Part shown: positions 28,163 through 39,909 of the stretch, one piece after another
Layout: each line of letters begins with the position of its first letter
Numbering within the stretch: position 1 is the first letter of the stretch
Assembly: GCF_000143415.4 (NCBI RefSeq)
Contig: NW_003314265.1
Location: forward strand, 1,769,637-1,833,636
DNA: 64,000 nucleotides
From: Selaginella moellendorffii
Taxonomy: Eukaryota; Plantae; Lycopodiophyta
Direction of reading: 5' to 3'
Notes under the pieces: generated by a model
Told to the model about the DNA's origin: nothing
The model's input: the letters and a program-made list of their open reading frames with translations, nothing else
Databases searched by the model: none
Position numbers and translations under genes: made by a program

Positions 28163-30107
28163 TCATAAAATGCCAGCCGGAAGATCCTTGCTAATTGCGA
28201 TCTCCTGCTCGAAAAACGCAGAATGGAGCTCCCTGACGCAGCGCTCGGCCTCCGAATCATTCACTATCAACGAGATATTCACCTGTCAAAGCAAAAGGAT
28301 GGTCGATCGAGCAAGAACAAAAGGAAGAACTTTTACCTTGGAAGCACCTTGTGAGATCATCTGGACCTTGATTCCCAGCTCCTCAAACACCGAGAAAACT
28401 TTCTTGAGCACAAGGGAGGAGCGCTCCACGTTTCCAATCAGCGAGATGATGGAGCGCTTCTGTAGCAGCTTCACCTTTGCAATCTTGCGGAGCTTGGTCA
28501 CCATGTTGTCCAGCTCTGTCTGGATCAAGTCGCGGCTCCAGATCTTAATGGGATCCAGCGTCAGCGAGATGCTAACCTCGCTGGTCGCCACCACGTCCAC
28601 GGAGATCCCCAGCTCCTCGAAAGTCGAGAAAACTTTCGCCAGGAAACCAACCTGGCCCAGCATTCTCGTACTCACGATGTCCAGCATCGTTATGTTTCGC
28701 TTGAGAACAATACTTGTAAGCAGTGTCTATGGGGAAAAACACAATTTTGTAAGCAAAAATCCTTGGAAACTTGTTCTTACCTCACTCATATCACGCTTCT
28801 TCGTGATGAGTGTTCCAGGAACGTGTGGATTGTAGGAGTTCTTCACGCGGACTGGAATGTTGGCCTCTCGCGCGGGCCTCATCGACTGTGGGTGTAGCAC
28901 CTGGGCACCAAAGTACGCCAGCTCTGTAGCCTCGTCGAATGTGAGGCATGGAACTGGAACCGCGAGAGAGTGGACGTTGGGGTCGCAAGTTAGCACTCCA
29001 TCGACATCCTTCCACACCTGGACTTCCCGTAAGCCAAGAGCTTTTCCTATCACCGTGGCCGTCAAGTCGCTTCCACCTCTTCCTAAGGTGGTGATGGCAC
29101 CAGTTTTCTCTCCCTTTCCCAGAAAGCCCGTGAACACTGGCACTGCCTGATCTCTCCTCCAGTCTTCGTGCAACCGCTTCGCCACCGCCGGATAAGTTGC
29201 CTCCAGGATCTCCGCATTTCGAAACTCGTCAGTTGTGATAAACCCCGCCTCAAAAGCATCGTACTGCCTCGCCTTGACTCCAATCTTGTTGAGGTATGCC
29301 GCAAAAACCCTCGTCGACAGGCGCTCGCCGAATGAGACGAGGTTGTCTTGCGTGCGGGGGGTCAGCTCTTTCATCAGCGCGATGCCTGTAAGGAGCATGC
29401 CAAGCTCCTCGAACAAATCTAGGAAGATAAAAGAGAACAAGGTAAGAAACAAAACGAGAAAACAAGATGGAAAAACAAAACCGGAGACGAAAGTTTACCT
29501 GAAAACACAGCCTGGTCAATACCAAGTTCCTTGGCAGTACGAACATGGAGATCCTTGATCACAGAAAACTCTTCAATGTAGCAAGTCATTGGAACTCCAC
29601 AATGGAGGGCCTTCTCGCCAGCCTGCACAAAAGAACTTAGAAGTTGATAAGTTTTTCTAGAAGAGAGAAAGTCCATACCGCAAGCAAGTTGTTCGTAGTC
29701 TTTCCCATGGCCGACAAAACTAGCACAGGCCTTTCACCCGGAAAGCTTTGCACGAGCGTCGCAACCTCCTTCATCCTCGCCGCAGACGACACAGAAGAGC
29801 CCCCAAACTTCATCACGCAAGTCAGCCCATCCGCGAAACTCTTCTCGCCATCTCCAACCTCCAGTGCCTGGCGATTCACGTCGTGGAGCGACGATTTCCT
29901 GTGCTCAAGCTCCTCCTGCGTCGTGGAAACCACCGCAGTAGCCGCCCCATTCGAAATACATCCAATCCATGCTACCCCTCTCACCAATCTACACTGTAAT
30001 GTCGACGAATTCGCGAAGCAGTGGGAGCTCCTGGGCGGAGGCGCCAGATGCAAGCTAGAGCTGCTGTAATCTGGGAGAACCCGGCGGGCCAGCCACGGCC
30101 CGGCCAT
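28163..30107 (-). CDS. AK: Monofunctional aspartate kinase (plastid-type, ACT domains)
   Basis: VMKFGGSSV, VLSAMGKTT, TLGRGGSDLTA, WKDVDG, ACT domains ending QGASKVNISL; transit-peptide-like N-terminus. Confidence 0.95.
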
Positions 30108-30286
30108 CCTAATAGCGGAGACGCAAAGATCTATGGCGAAATCTACCTCCGCGATTGCAATGTGGCTGATCCGGCCGCGCGCCGGCCCTCGCTGGGCGCC
30201 CCCGCCGCGATCGCTCCCCGCTTAAACCCTGCCGCAAATTAGGGCTCCTGGTTTGACAATGGCGTCACTATATTTCCATGGAACCA

Positions 30287-31415
30287 TTACATGGGGATTT
30301 TCTTCTCCCACGATCTCTTGCAGCTATCTGGCGCTCTGAATCGAAATCTCTTTTCCTGGATGGGCGACGCCATGAAATCCTGCCAATCTTCCATCGTGAG
30401 CTTCAAATCGGCCAGCTTGGCCGTCATGCCCTTGCAGCAATTGGCGTGCATCGTGACGATCTTGCCCATGTCGCGCGCCCCGACGTCCCCGAAGTTGCTA
30501 AACAGTGATGTCGGCAGGAAATCTACACGAATTTCGAGCGCGCCAAACTCCGGGGACGATCGAAACGCGTTGAAAACCTGCTGCTCGTTCTTGCCCGGCT
30601 GCTGCTCCATCCGCGACGCCCAGAATTTGTAGAGCTTGATCGTCCTGGCGTTGGACCTGGCGTGGATGAATCCCGTGTTTGCTTTGCTCCTGCTCGCATT
30701 GCCTCGATGGAATACGTCGCACGAGACTGCGATGTCGGCAGCGCCGCGATTGAGATGGTTCCAAGGATTGCGGAGCCAAAGAACGTCCAAGTCCTGCAAG
30801 GAATTTCTTCTCAAAAGATCATCGAGGAAAAGTGCCAGATCTTGCCGTGAAGATGAAATTATATCCCAGCTCGAGAACTTCCCCGAGGAACTCCACTCTG
30901 CGCTTCATCATCCAGACGAAATCCTGCGACATAAACAGGGCCTCCCGCGACGAGAAATCCACGCCGCCGGTCTCGAGGAGGAGGCAATGCTTGTGGATCG
31001 CGAGGCAGCGCTGGTGAGCAACCTCGTCGAGGCTCACGAGCACCAGATTCTCCAGCAATTCAGCGGTCTTGTTCCCGGATCTAAAGCCTCCAAGGAAGAG
31101 ATCAAGGAGCGCCCCTTCTTCCGCCCATGCCTTGTTCAAGCTCGCCAAGATCACATTTTTACCTCCGTCGCTCGCGCTTGCGAGCACGGCCTCGCGATGG
31201 TTTCCAGGCGTGATCGCCATGCCTTGCTGCTGCCAAGGAAAGCCAAGTTACTCGAGAGTTCCACTCGCATTTCAGTGAATAGTCGTTACCATTGTGTGGT
31301 CTTTGGAGTACGAGGTGGCGAAGGACGTATCATCGTGAGTGCTCGCAATCAAGAAAACTACGAAGGCTGCAATGGAGATCACAAGACACACTTGCTGGAG
31401 CGCCAGAGAAGCCAT
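30287..31415 (-). CDS. Nucleotide-diphospho-sugar transferase family protein (3 exons)
   Basis: N-terminal TM anchor; LNKAWAE...LLDLFL; GYNFIFT|DLDVLWLRNP (DxD); NTGF; MHANCC. Confidence 0.88.
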
Positions 31416-31599
31416 AGCTCTTTGTCACGACAAGAGATGCTGCATTATTGCTCAGGAGAAAGGGAATCGTTGGTTCCACACTTTCTTCCAAAGTTCAACT
31501 CTCTGGAGAACCATAGCTTTCAGTCTACATGGACGTCACTCAAGAAAGTTTCAAAGTAGTGGTTCCATTTGGCTTTTCTTCAAAACTGCAGGGAGTAAA

Positions 31600-31672
31600 T
31601 CCGTTGTAGTCTAGTTGGTCAGGATACTCGGCTCTCACCCGAGCGACCCGGGTTCAAGTCCCGGCAACGGAA
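31600..31672 (+). tRNA. trnE-CTC: tRNA-Glu (anticodon CTC)
   Basis: TCCGTTG/CAACGGA acceptor stem; anticodon arm CTCGG-CT-CTC-AC-CCGAG; T-loop GTTCAAGT. Confidence 0.96.
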
Positions 31673-31716
31673 CAATCTCGCTAATAACGCGATTATATAC
31701 GTTCAATTTATCCTTC

Positions 31717-33657
31717 CTAGTGTTCCTTTTTTATGGCCTCGCAGGGAACTTCCGAGCGATAGTTCTGGTACTGCTTGAATGCCACTAGAGAGAAGAATGC
31801 TGCAAAACACGAGACATAAATCCCTGCGCTAGAAACCAAACGAAGACCATACCGATCCAAAACCTTGAAGACGTGGAGAGAAATTTCCAAATGAGAACAG
31901 CAGCAACCCCGGCCACCATTTTCTTGTGAGGACAACTCTCCCAGCCGGAACTGAAGTGGGACACGAGATGAATCCCTGCATTTGATGTGTTTGTCAACGA
32001 GGAAAACACGGACCACGGAGTCAATGCTCTCACCTTTTTCGTGGAGCTGAGCCGTGTACGACACGTAGAACTTTGGCACAAGGAAGGCTCCAAAGAACGC
32101 TACAGCATACGGGATCATGCGACTGCGAGATGGAAAGGCGACAGCGCTTACCAAGTCGGAAGATATTCCACAGTGACATCCAATACCCCACATGAGCTAC
32201 GCACCACAGAGTTGCGGCAACCTGCAAAAACACAAGTATCACAGAGATTTGGAGCGTGTACTACCAAAAAACCTTGAGCGTCGTCCCCGGATCACCAGAG
32301 AATAGCTGCGAAAACTTAAAAAGCACGGCGTTGAAAGCTGGCAGTGCGCCTCTTGTCAGCTCCAACGCTGCGGCTTCACTTATCTTCCAGGAATCGCTTG
32401 AAGAAGACGGCGCTCTACACGGACCATTTCAAAAGTTAGTGTGACAGCACTTTGGTGGAGAACCTTCTCAGAATGTTAATTCTGAAGAAAACAGCCGATA
32501 AATACGTCAATGCCAAGTACGACAGAGTCGTGACAATGCTGCAAAACGGGACGATTTAGCAAAAAGCTTCAGAATAGAATCACTCACTTCAAATGGATAT
32601 CTTGCATAAGCGAGGCAGACAAAATGGCAAAAGCGCCAGCTCCAAAAATGAGCGACGACGTCGAGAAATCGCGCCACAGTATCACGTTCACTGCCAGAAT
32701 CAAAAAAGGTCACAGGAATGGATCATCGCAATCGAAACACTTACTGACAAGCTGCATCCAGTCCTCCTTGTGTGAACTTTGATCTGTAAAAGACGTCGTA
32801 AATGTCAAAGAGAAAAAGAAAGACAAGGCTTTCAAATCAAAGCCTAAATCGTCATGGTCTAAACTTACACTCGAGACTAGACAAACACCCTCACCTCTTC
32901 CCGGAGGTCTGGAATGAAAAGAGGGCGATCCATTGACGCTACTGGCGCGTCCACCGAATGAAAAAGACGACGGCAGCGAAGCAAACAGCTCGGTGGCCTT
33001 CTGCTTGAACTGACGAGAATTCTTCTGGACTGGACTGGCTTTGAGCTGGATTGGATCGCTCTCCGGTTCCACGGGCTCAACCTTCACCGCCACAGGAACC
33101 GGTTGCCTCAGCACATTCCCCTCCACAGTCTGCTCGCAAGGCACCTCCACATTCCCACCACCATTGCCACCATTTCTCTCACGCACCGCATCGCCCCGCT
33201 GCTTTTTAGCACTACCATTTCGCATGGAAAAGGCCATGGCTTCTCCGCTACGTCTCACCACCTGATCCTCCGATCGCGAGAGCTTATCGTACCTCAATCG
33301 CCTCGCGGAGCGGCCATTCTCCTCGGCTTGCATCCGAGAGAGAATGGCGTTCCTGACGCTCTCCTCGTCGATGTCCATGGAATCGGGCACTCCTGCCACA
33401 GCCGGCATGATACGATCCGGGACCGAAACGGCCCGCCTGAAAACCCTAGCCTCGGAGGAATGGGGAGGAGCTGGAGCTGGCGCAATGCTACCGTTAGCGG
33501 CCGATTCCTCGCTCGTGCCCAGCTGCTGCGGGTGAATGCTCGCCGGCAGCGATCGAGATTGCGACAATGTAGCTCCGGAAGCGGTGGCAGAGGAGATCGA
33601 AGAGGAGGAAGGGGACGGCGTGCGCCTGGCGACCAGCATTGGCGACGATCTCCTCAT
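31717..33657 (-). CDS. Reticulon-like protein (RTNLB17/18/21 type) with long N-terminal region
   Basis: VILWRDFSTSSLIFGAG, LFSGDPGTTLK, FFGAFLVPKFY and WESCPHKKMV across GT-AG exons. Confidence 0.82.
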
Positions 33658-33865
33658 CGCCTCTGCTCTATCTCTATAAACCCTAGCTCCGTTGATGGAG
33701 GGGGCCAATAGCAAGCGGGAAAAGCGACGCTGGCCGTTGGGTTTTTTCGAAAGCTAAATGCCCTCAAATCAGTATAAGATTCCTTGCACGTGTCGCACGC
33801 ATGCAGCCGTTGGATCCATCCAAACTCGCCAATTTTGAGCATAGTAAATTCACAATTTTTATAAG

Positions 33866-34900
33866 TTATAATCCAAGCCGGAGCGACAAATCTATGCCAC
33901 CACCAGCGCTACCGCCACCGCCACCGCCACCGCCACCACCACCGCCGCCACCATAATTACCACCGCCACCACCACCATTCTGGCTATCACCATTTTGGCC
34001 TTGACCATGGCTGTAGCCATTGACCGGCTTGGACTTCCGGAAGTTCTCGTCGACACACCGACGCATGAACTCACCCGTGCGGAAGCTGGCAGCGCCGGCG
34101 GGCCGTGCAAACGTCATCGCCGGCTGTCGCAGGGAACTGGACTTCCCGATGTTTGCTCTTGGGGACAGCGACGACCACGCGGCAGCTCCCGGATGTTGGG
34201 AGCTGGCTGCCGCCGCCGCTGGCTGCGGGACGCACATAGTGTTGGCCACCATTGGCGTCGTGGAGTGGGCTTGGAGTCCCATGGACTGGACGCGGAAGGG
34301 AGCGGCGCCACCGGAGAATCTTGCACCGCCACCGCCGTGGTTCTGGTGGTGGTACCGCGACCAGGAGCCGTTGAAGCTGGCGAGGTTGCTGGTGTGGCAG
34401 CGGAGAGCCCGGCGGGCCGCCGACCTCTCGCGCTTGTGCGCATTTTGGTGGCCGCCCAGCGCCTGGGAGCTTGAGAATTTGCGGTCGCAAAAGGTGCAGG
34501 AGAAGTGGCGGCAGGGGCTCGATTGCGTGGCGGCCGTAGACGCTGGCGTGGGCGTGGCCACCTCGGCCGCCTGATCCTGATCTGACGCTACAGAGGCCGA
34601 CGATCGGGAAGTAGAGTGCTGGCACCCGGCGCTCAGGAAATCCGTGGCCGCCAGCTCCCTCGCCGCCTCCTCCTCCACCAATTCCTCCCTCCAATCCTTC
34701 CGTGCATCATCGTTCCTCCTGGCCTCCTCCTCCTCCTCCTCCTCCTCCTCCTCCTTCTTCTCCTCCTCCTCCTCGACCGCCTCTTCCTCCTCTTCCTCCT
34801 CCTCCTCCCCCCGCTGCCGCCACTCGATCTCCTGCTCACCTGATCGATCTTCCCGATCCAGCGTCACTCGGTCCGCCTGGAGGCCGCCATCGATTTGCAT
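33866..34900 (-). CDS. Single C2H2 zinc-finger protein with EAR motif
   Basis: [27 protein letters not shown]; C-terminal DLSLRL; intronless; first ATG at 34900. Confidence 0.92.
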   Translation of the reverse strand: MQIDGGLQADRVTLDREDRSGEQEIEWRQRGEEEEEEEEEAVEEEEEKKEEEEEEEEEEARRNDDARKDWREELVEEEAARELAATDFLSAGCQHSTSRSSASVASDQDQAAEVATPTPASTAATQSSPCRHFSCTFCDRKFSSSQALGGHQNAHKRERSAARRALRCHTSNLASFNGSWSRYHHQNHGGGGARFSGGAAPFRVQSMGLQAHSTTPMVANTMCVPQPAAAAASSQHPGAAAWSSLSPRANIGKSSSLRQPAMTFARPAGAASFRTGEFMRRCVDENFRKSKPVNGYSHGQGQNGDSQNGGGGGGNYGGGGGGGGGGGGGGSAGGGIDLSLRLGL

Positions 34901-35343
34901 CACCGACCTCTCTTCTCGCTTTCTCTCTCTATCCTTGCCCTCAAGCTTGTGCTCTCTTGCGATCTCTCCTCTCTCGTGCTCGATTGGTGGAGCCCTAGCG
35001 AAGCGATAGATATGAAGCAAACACAACTATTAAGCAAGAAGGCCAAGCTGGGTGTGAGTTTGTGTCAGGCTGACAGGAGCCTTCTTCCCATTGTGGAAAA
35101 CTGCGCTACGTGGCAAGGGGCATATTCGGGGGATACAATCCTGGCGATCACGGGGTTGAAGGGTCGGCTCTTGGCAAAGCCCCAATGGTCAAGAAGAGTC
35201 AACAATTAGTAAGATCCCGACAAAAACTCCCGGACGATGTTTAGCAAAAGGCCGGTTCAAATTTAGGGAAATTCCAAAGTTTAGCAAAAAGGTCTGTTCG
35301 AATCCGGCGTGGCGTTAGGCACACATGGGGCTCCAGAGCATAT

Positions 35344-35460
35344 GACACGTCGAGATCTAGTTGAGGCTTGGCAGCCGTCGGATAAGTCGCATATTCTTAG
35401 AGCTGATAAACCTCCTACGTGGCGACAAGACACGTGGGGTTCCAAACGTATGCCACGTGG
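35344..35460. promoter_or_regulatory. Cluster of ACGT-core (G-box/ABRE-like) elements in the divergent ZFP/tetraspanin promoter
   Basis: GACACGT, TACGTGGC, GACACGTGG and CCACGTGG within about 120 bp. Confidence 0.5.
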
Positions 35461-35732
35461 AAATCTAATTGGCGCTTTGGCAACCGTTGGATGAGTCAAT
35501 TCAAGTTCAGAAGAAAGTCTTTGACAAAGTCGAGATTGGAGGTCGTCACCGAAGGAGCCTAGCAATGTCACCATACTTGCGAACGCGTCTTGAGCTATGT
35601 ATAGAAGACGTCGCGCGTGGGGCTGCCCTCCATCCTCCTCGCATTGCCTCTTTTTCTCCATTCTCGTTGATCGATAGAGTGTAATTCTCGCCGCGATTCA
35701 TTCAATCATTCCATCGATCGAGCGCGGCAGCC

Positions 35733-36712
35733 ATGGGCGCCAGCAACTATGTCACCGGGATCATCAACTTCTGCACGTTGGTGCTCTCCATCCCGATCAT
35801 CGGCGCTGGAATCTGGCTCGCCTCCAAGGGCGACACCGAGTGCGTGCGATTCCTCCAGTGGCCCGTGATCGCCATTGGCGTCTTCATCCTCGTCGTCTCC
35901 ATCGCGGGATTCATCGGCGGCTGCTGCCGCGTCGCGTGGCTCCTCTGGTTCTACCTCTTCGCCATGTTCTTGCTCATCCTCCTCCTCCTCATCTTCACCG
36001 CGCTCGCCTTCGTCGTCACCAACAGGGGCGCCGGCCACGCGCTCTCCAATCGCGGCTACAAGGACTACCGCCTCGGGGACTACTCGACGTGGCTCCAGCG
36101 ATATGTGGAGAAGCCCAGAAACTGGCGCCGGATCGGCAGCTGCCTCAGGGATTCCAGGGTCTGCAACGATCTCGACGGCGATTACAACACCCGGGACCGG
36201 TTCTACGCGGCCAATCTCTCGCCAATCCAGGTCAGTCACACGCAATTCCTCCCCAAATCTCATTCTTCTCCCAATTTGGATCCTCTGTTTTTGTCTTGAG
36301 TTCTTCCTGGCATTGCACTCCAAATCTTCTCCAATTCCGATCAATGCTCTCGGATTTCTCATCGATTTGTTTTGGTTTCCAGTCCGGATGCTGCAAGCCC
36401 CCCACCGATTGTAACTTCCAGTTCCAAAACGCCACCACCTGGCTTCCATCCCCGACCGCGGCTCCCGCGAACGCCACCGAGCGCGACTGCACGACCTGGA
36501 GCAACGATCGCAGCCAGCTCTGCTACAACTGCGATTCCTGCAAGGCCGGCCTCATCCAAAACATCAAGTCCAAATACAAGAGCGTCGCCATAGTCAATGC
36601 CGTTGTCCTCGTCTTGCTCGTCGTCGTCTACTCCATTGGCTGCTGCGCCTTTAGAAACGCCCGCAGGCAAGGGAACTATGGCCATGGTGGCTACTACTAC
36701 GGCAAGGCTTAG
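35733..36712 (+). CDS. Tetraspanin (exons 35733-36230 and 36383-36712)
   Basis: Four TM segments; DYRLGDYSTWL; plant SGCCKPP signature; CYNCDSCKAG. Confidence 0.95.
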
Positions 36713-37912
36713 CTTGTCAACTCCATAGCCATTTCTTCTTCCTCAGTGGAGTGTTTTTCGCTGCTCCCGATATTCTTTTCTTTTCTTTTCATTGTTTTGT
36801 ATAGCTTGGATTGTTTCTATACGTGAATATCATTGACTTCGAGCTCCTGGAAAACGATCTATGAAAACGCGTTAAGGAGAAGGAAAAGTCGAGAGGAAAC
36901 GACCACCACGCTTACGCCAAAAGCTTGAGCTTACCTACCTAGAATACACTGTAAATCCGACAAAGTCTTGATTCGATTGTACGAAACCGAGAAACCTTCA
37001 AGCGAAAATCAGAACACTCTCGCGATTGATAACTTACATTGCGGGCCTTGTCGCTTGACAATTACTGGAAAGACAAATTGTAGAGTCGTGCTCTCCTGTG
37101 AAAGATAGAGGCATCAGATAATGGAGCTAGAGCTTAATTCTCACCTTGCTCTGAGCAACTCTTGACGCTCTAAAGTGAATAATCAGTCTAGCGAGCCAAT
37201 ACTAAAGTAAAAAGTCTCAGCACAACCATACATTTATTAGTATAACAATTATTATAAATTCAAACCATTAGTCTCTCCAGTATTTCAATCATTTGGAGAC
37301 TCTTGAATAGAACATCCATTGGCAAGAATTTTAGAACAAACTTTCCTTTGGGTAGCCATCGAGTGTAAGACGCTATAAAACCTCGCATCAGTACAGAAAA
37401 AGAGAAAAGAAAAAGAGGACAAATCTCATTACCAGCATTCTGTTCCAACCCGGAAGATCCGAAGTAAAAGGAATACTGGGAGACAGGCAGCGAATCGGTG
37501 TATACGTAGATTTCTTCATTGAGTTGTTCTTGAAACTTTCGCAGTTCAAGTAGGCTTGTTTAGTTGTCCCAAAGAAAAAGAAAGAAACTCCTGTGATCAC
37601 TGTGCCTATTACCGTGCACAAAGTGTCGCTTGGGGCAGAATTAGAGCAAATTAAAGAACACGGGGGTAAGATGAACTCGTTCTCGACGTCCGTCTCGACT
37701 TTTACTGATCCTTGTTTTTCATGTGTTGTTTTCATATTGACACAGCGCAGTCCAGTTATCAGTGTCTTCAACGGCAAGCGTTTCTCCCCTTCACGCACTC
37801 TGTTTTTTTTTTTGCATTCAGCTTGTTTGAGTTGTTTACATTGTTTCTTTTCTATTTAAAATGCCAATGGCGTGCAAGAAGGAGAGACAAACGACACAGT
37901 GACACAGTCAAA

Positions 37913-37976
37913 GATGGTATGCTCAAACCTAGCATCTTCAAACGTTGAGGAAGATGCTAGGTTTGAGCATACCATC
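37913..37976. repeat. Perfect 27-bp inverted repeat with 10-nt loop
   Basis: GATGGTATGCTCAAACCTAGCATCTTC (37913-37939) is the exact reverse complement of 37950-37976. Confidence 0.95.
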
Positions 37977-38319
37977 GCCTCCCGCCTTTCTTGATCTTAC
38001 CCTACGGAATCGTCTCATTCGTTTCCAGCAGCCTCTTAAAAAAGGAGCTCGTTTCATGTTTTCCTTGGACATTGAGCTGTGTTGAGTCTTATCATTTTTA
38101 AACCTTCAGCTCTTGAGTTTCGACATTGAGAGTTTGCCACGTTGAGCGAACACGAATTCTTCAGATCGTTCTCTTAGATCTTTAGAAGATTCAAAGCTCG
38201 CAGCTACAGAGCACTGGCACAAATCTCTCCAAAGCCATGTGTCCACTCCTGGAGCTCCAAAGGAAAAAAAAAAAGAGAAGTAAATCTAGGGTTCTTGGAA
38301 TGACATTGTGAAATGGGGG

Positions 38320-39801
38320 ATGGCAGCCGCGGCCCTGGCGAGGAGATTCGAGGAGCGCATCAGGGCGTGCGCCATCGGGCGGAAGCTCCACGAAGCCAAG
38401 ATCCTCCACGACGAGATCGCCCGCAGCCCCCACGGCGACAACCGCCGCCTCACCAATCTCCTCATCGACCTCTTCGGCAAATGCGGCGACCCCGACACCG
38501 CGCGCGCGGTGTTCAATCGCGTCCGGCTGCCCAACGAGTACTCGTGGAGCTGCATCATCCAGGCGTACGTGAGCAGCTCCCGGATCCACGACGCGCGCGC
38601 CCTCTTCGACTCCATGCCGGGATTCGACGCCTTCACCTGGAACATCATGATCGCGGCCTACGCGCGCATCAATCGCCTGGACGACGCGCGCGAGCTCTTC
38701 CACGGGATGATCTCCGGTCGGGACGTGGTGAGCTGGGCGATCCTCGTCGCGGGCTACGCGCGGCACGACCGGCTCGAGGAGGCCAGCGCGCTCTTCCGGC
38801 GGATGCCGCTCTGGGACACGGTCACTTGCACGTCGGTCCTCCAGGGATATGCCCACAACGGGCATCTGGCCGAGGCTCAGGAGCTCTTCGATCGGATCGG
38901 TGGCGCCGGCGATCGCGACGCCACTGCTTGCAACGCGATGATCGCGGCCTATGGGAAGAACGCCCGCGTCGATCTCGCCGAAGGGCTCTTCGCGCAGATC
39001 AAGCTGCGCAATGCGGCGTCTTGGTCCTTGCTGCTCCTCACCTATGCCCAGAACGGGCATCTGGATCTTGCCAAGAAAAGCTTCGATCGGATGCCCCAGC
39101 GCGACTCGATCGCCTTCACCGCGATGACCGCCGTGCTCTCCGACCAAGGCGAGCTCCGCGGCGCGAGAGAGATGCTGCGATACCTCTCCGCGGTGGACGT
39201 GATCGCGTGGAATGCGCTGCTCGAGGGATATTCCCGGACCGGGGATCTTGACGAGGTGAGGAGGCTGTTCTCCGCCATGGAGCACCGCACGGTAGCCACG
39301 TGGACGATCGCGATCCAGGGGCACGCGCAGTACGGCCACGGATCCGACGCCCTGGATCTCTTCCTGGAGATGCTGCTCGAGGGCGTGGGCATTGACGGGC
39401 AGACGATGATGGGCGTGCTGGCGGCGTGCGCGCATCTAGGGCTCCTCGATCCGGCGAGGGATTACCTCGTGTCCATGGCGGGCGATCACGGCGTGGCCTG
39501 CGATCCGGGCCACTACGGGTGCATGGTGAGCGTGCTGTGCAAGGCCGGGCGCCTCGATCTGGCGGAGGAATTGCTCGACACGATGCCTGTGATCGCAGAC
39601 GTGGTCGCCTGGACAGCGTTTCTGGATGCGTGCAAGATGTTTGGGGAGGCGGATCGAGGCGCCAGAGCCGCGGGCGAGATCACGCTGCTCAATCCCATGA
39701 TGTCCTCGGCGTATGCCATGTTCTCCGAGCTCGCATTGAGCGAGCAGGATGAGGAGCTCGACTCGTGGCGGGCATCCAGTCGTGAGATTTGTTGTTCTTG
39801 A
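38320..39801 (+). CDS. PLS-class PPR protein with partial E domain, no DYW
   Basis: Intronless; repeated SW..MI.AYA motifs; HYGCMVSVLCKAGRLDLAEELL..MP; ends before E+/DYW. Confidence 0.88.
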   Translation: MAAAALARRFEERIRACAIGRKLHEAKILHDEIARSPHGDNRRLTNLLIDLFGKCGDPDTARAVFNRVRLPNEYSWSCIIQAYVSSSRIHDARALFDSMPGFDAFTWNIMIAAYARINRLDDARELFHGMISGRDVVSWAILVAGYARHDRLEEASALFRRMPLWDTVTCTSVLQGYAHNGHLAEAQELFDRIGGAGDRDATACNAMIAAYGKNARVDLAEGLFAQIKLRNAASWSLLLLTYAQNGHLDLAKKSFDRMPQRDSIAFTAMTAVLSDQGELRGAREMLRYLSAVDVIAWNALLEGYSRTGDLDEVRRLFSAMEHRTVATWTIAIQGHAQYGHGSDALDLFLEMLLEGVGIDGQTMMGVLAACAHLGLLDPARDYLVSMAGDHGVACDPGHYGCMVSVLCKAGRLDLAEELLDTMPVIADVVAWTAFLDACKMFGEADRGARAAGEITLLNPMMSSAYAMFSELALSEQDEELDSWRASSREICCS

Positions 39802-39909
39802 GGGGAGCTGCCATCGTCGCAGCGCGAGAAACTCTCGAGGTACATTCCGGCAACTCGAGAAGGGAGAGAATCATTTGCCGAATATTCCTAGTTTGAAAAA
39901 TTGTTCCAA

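Noticed and set aside
30636-31559. 307-aa plus-strand ORF
   Set aside because: Antisense to the glycosyltransferase; no motifs.
38191-39435. 414-aa minus-strand ORF, and similar ORFs opposite the PPR-DYW and tetraspanin genes
   Set aside because: GC-rich antisense shadows of real genes.
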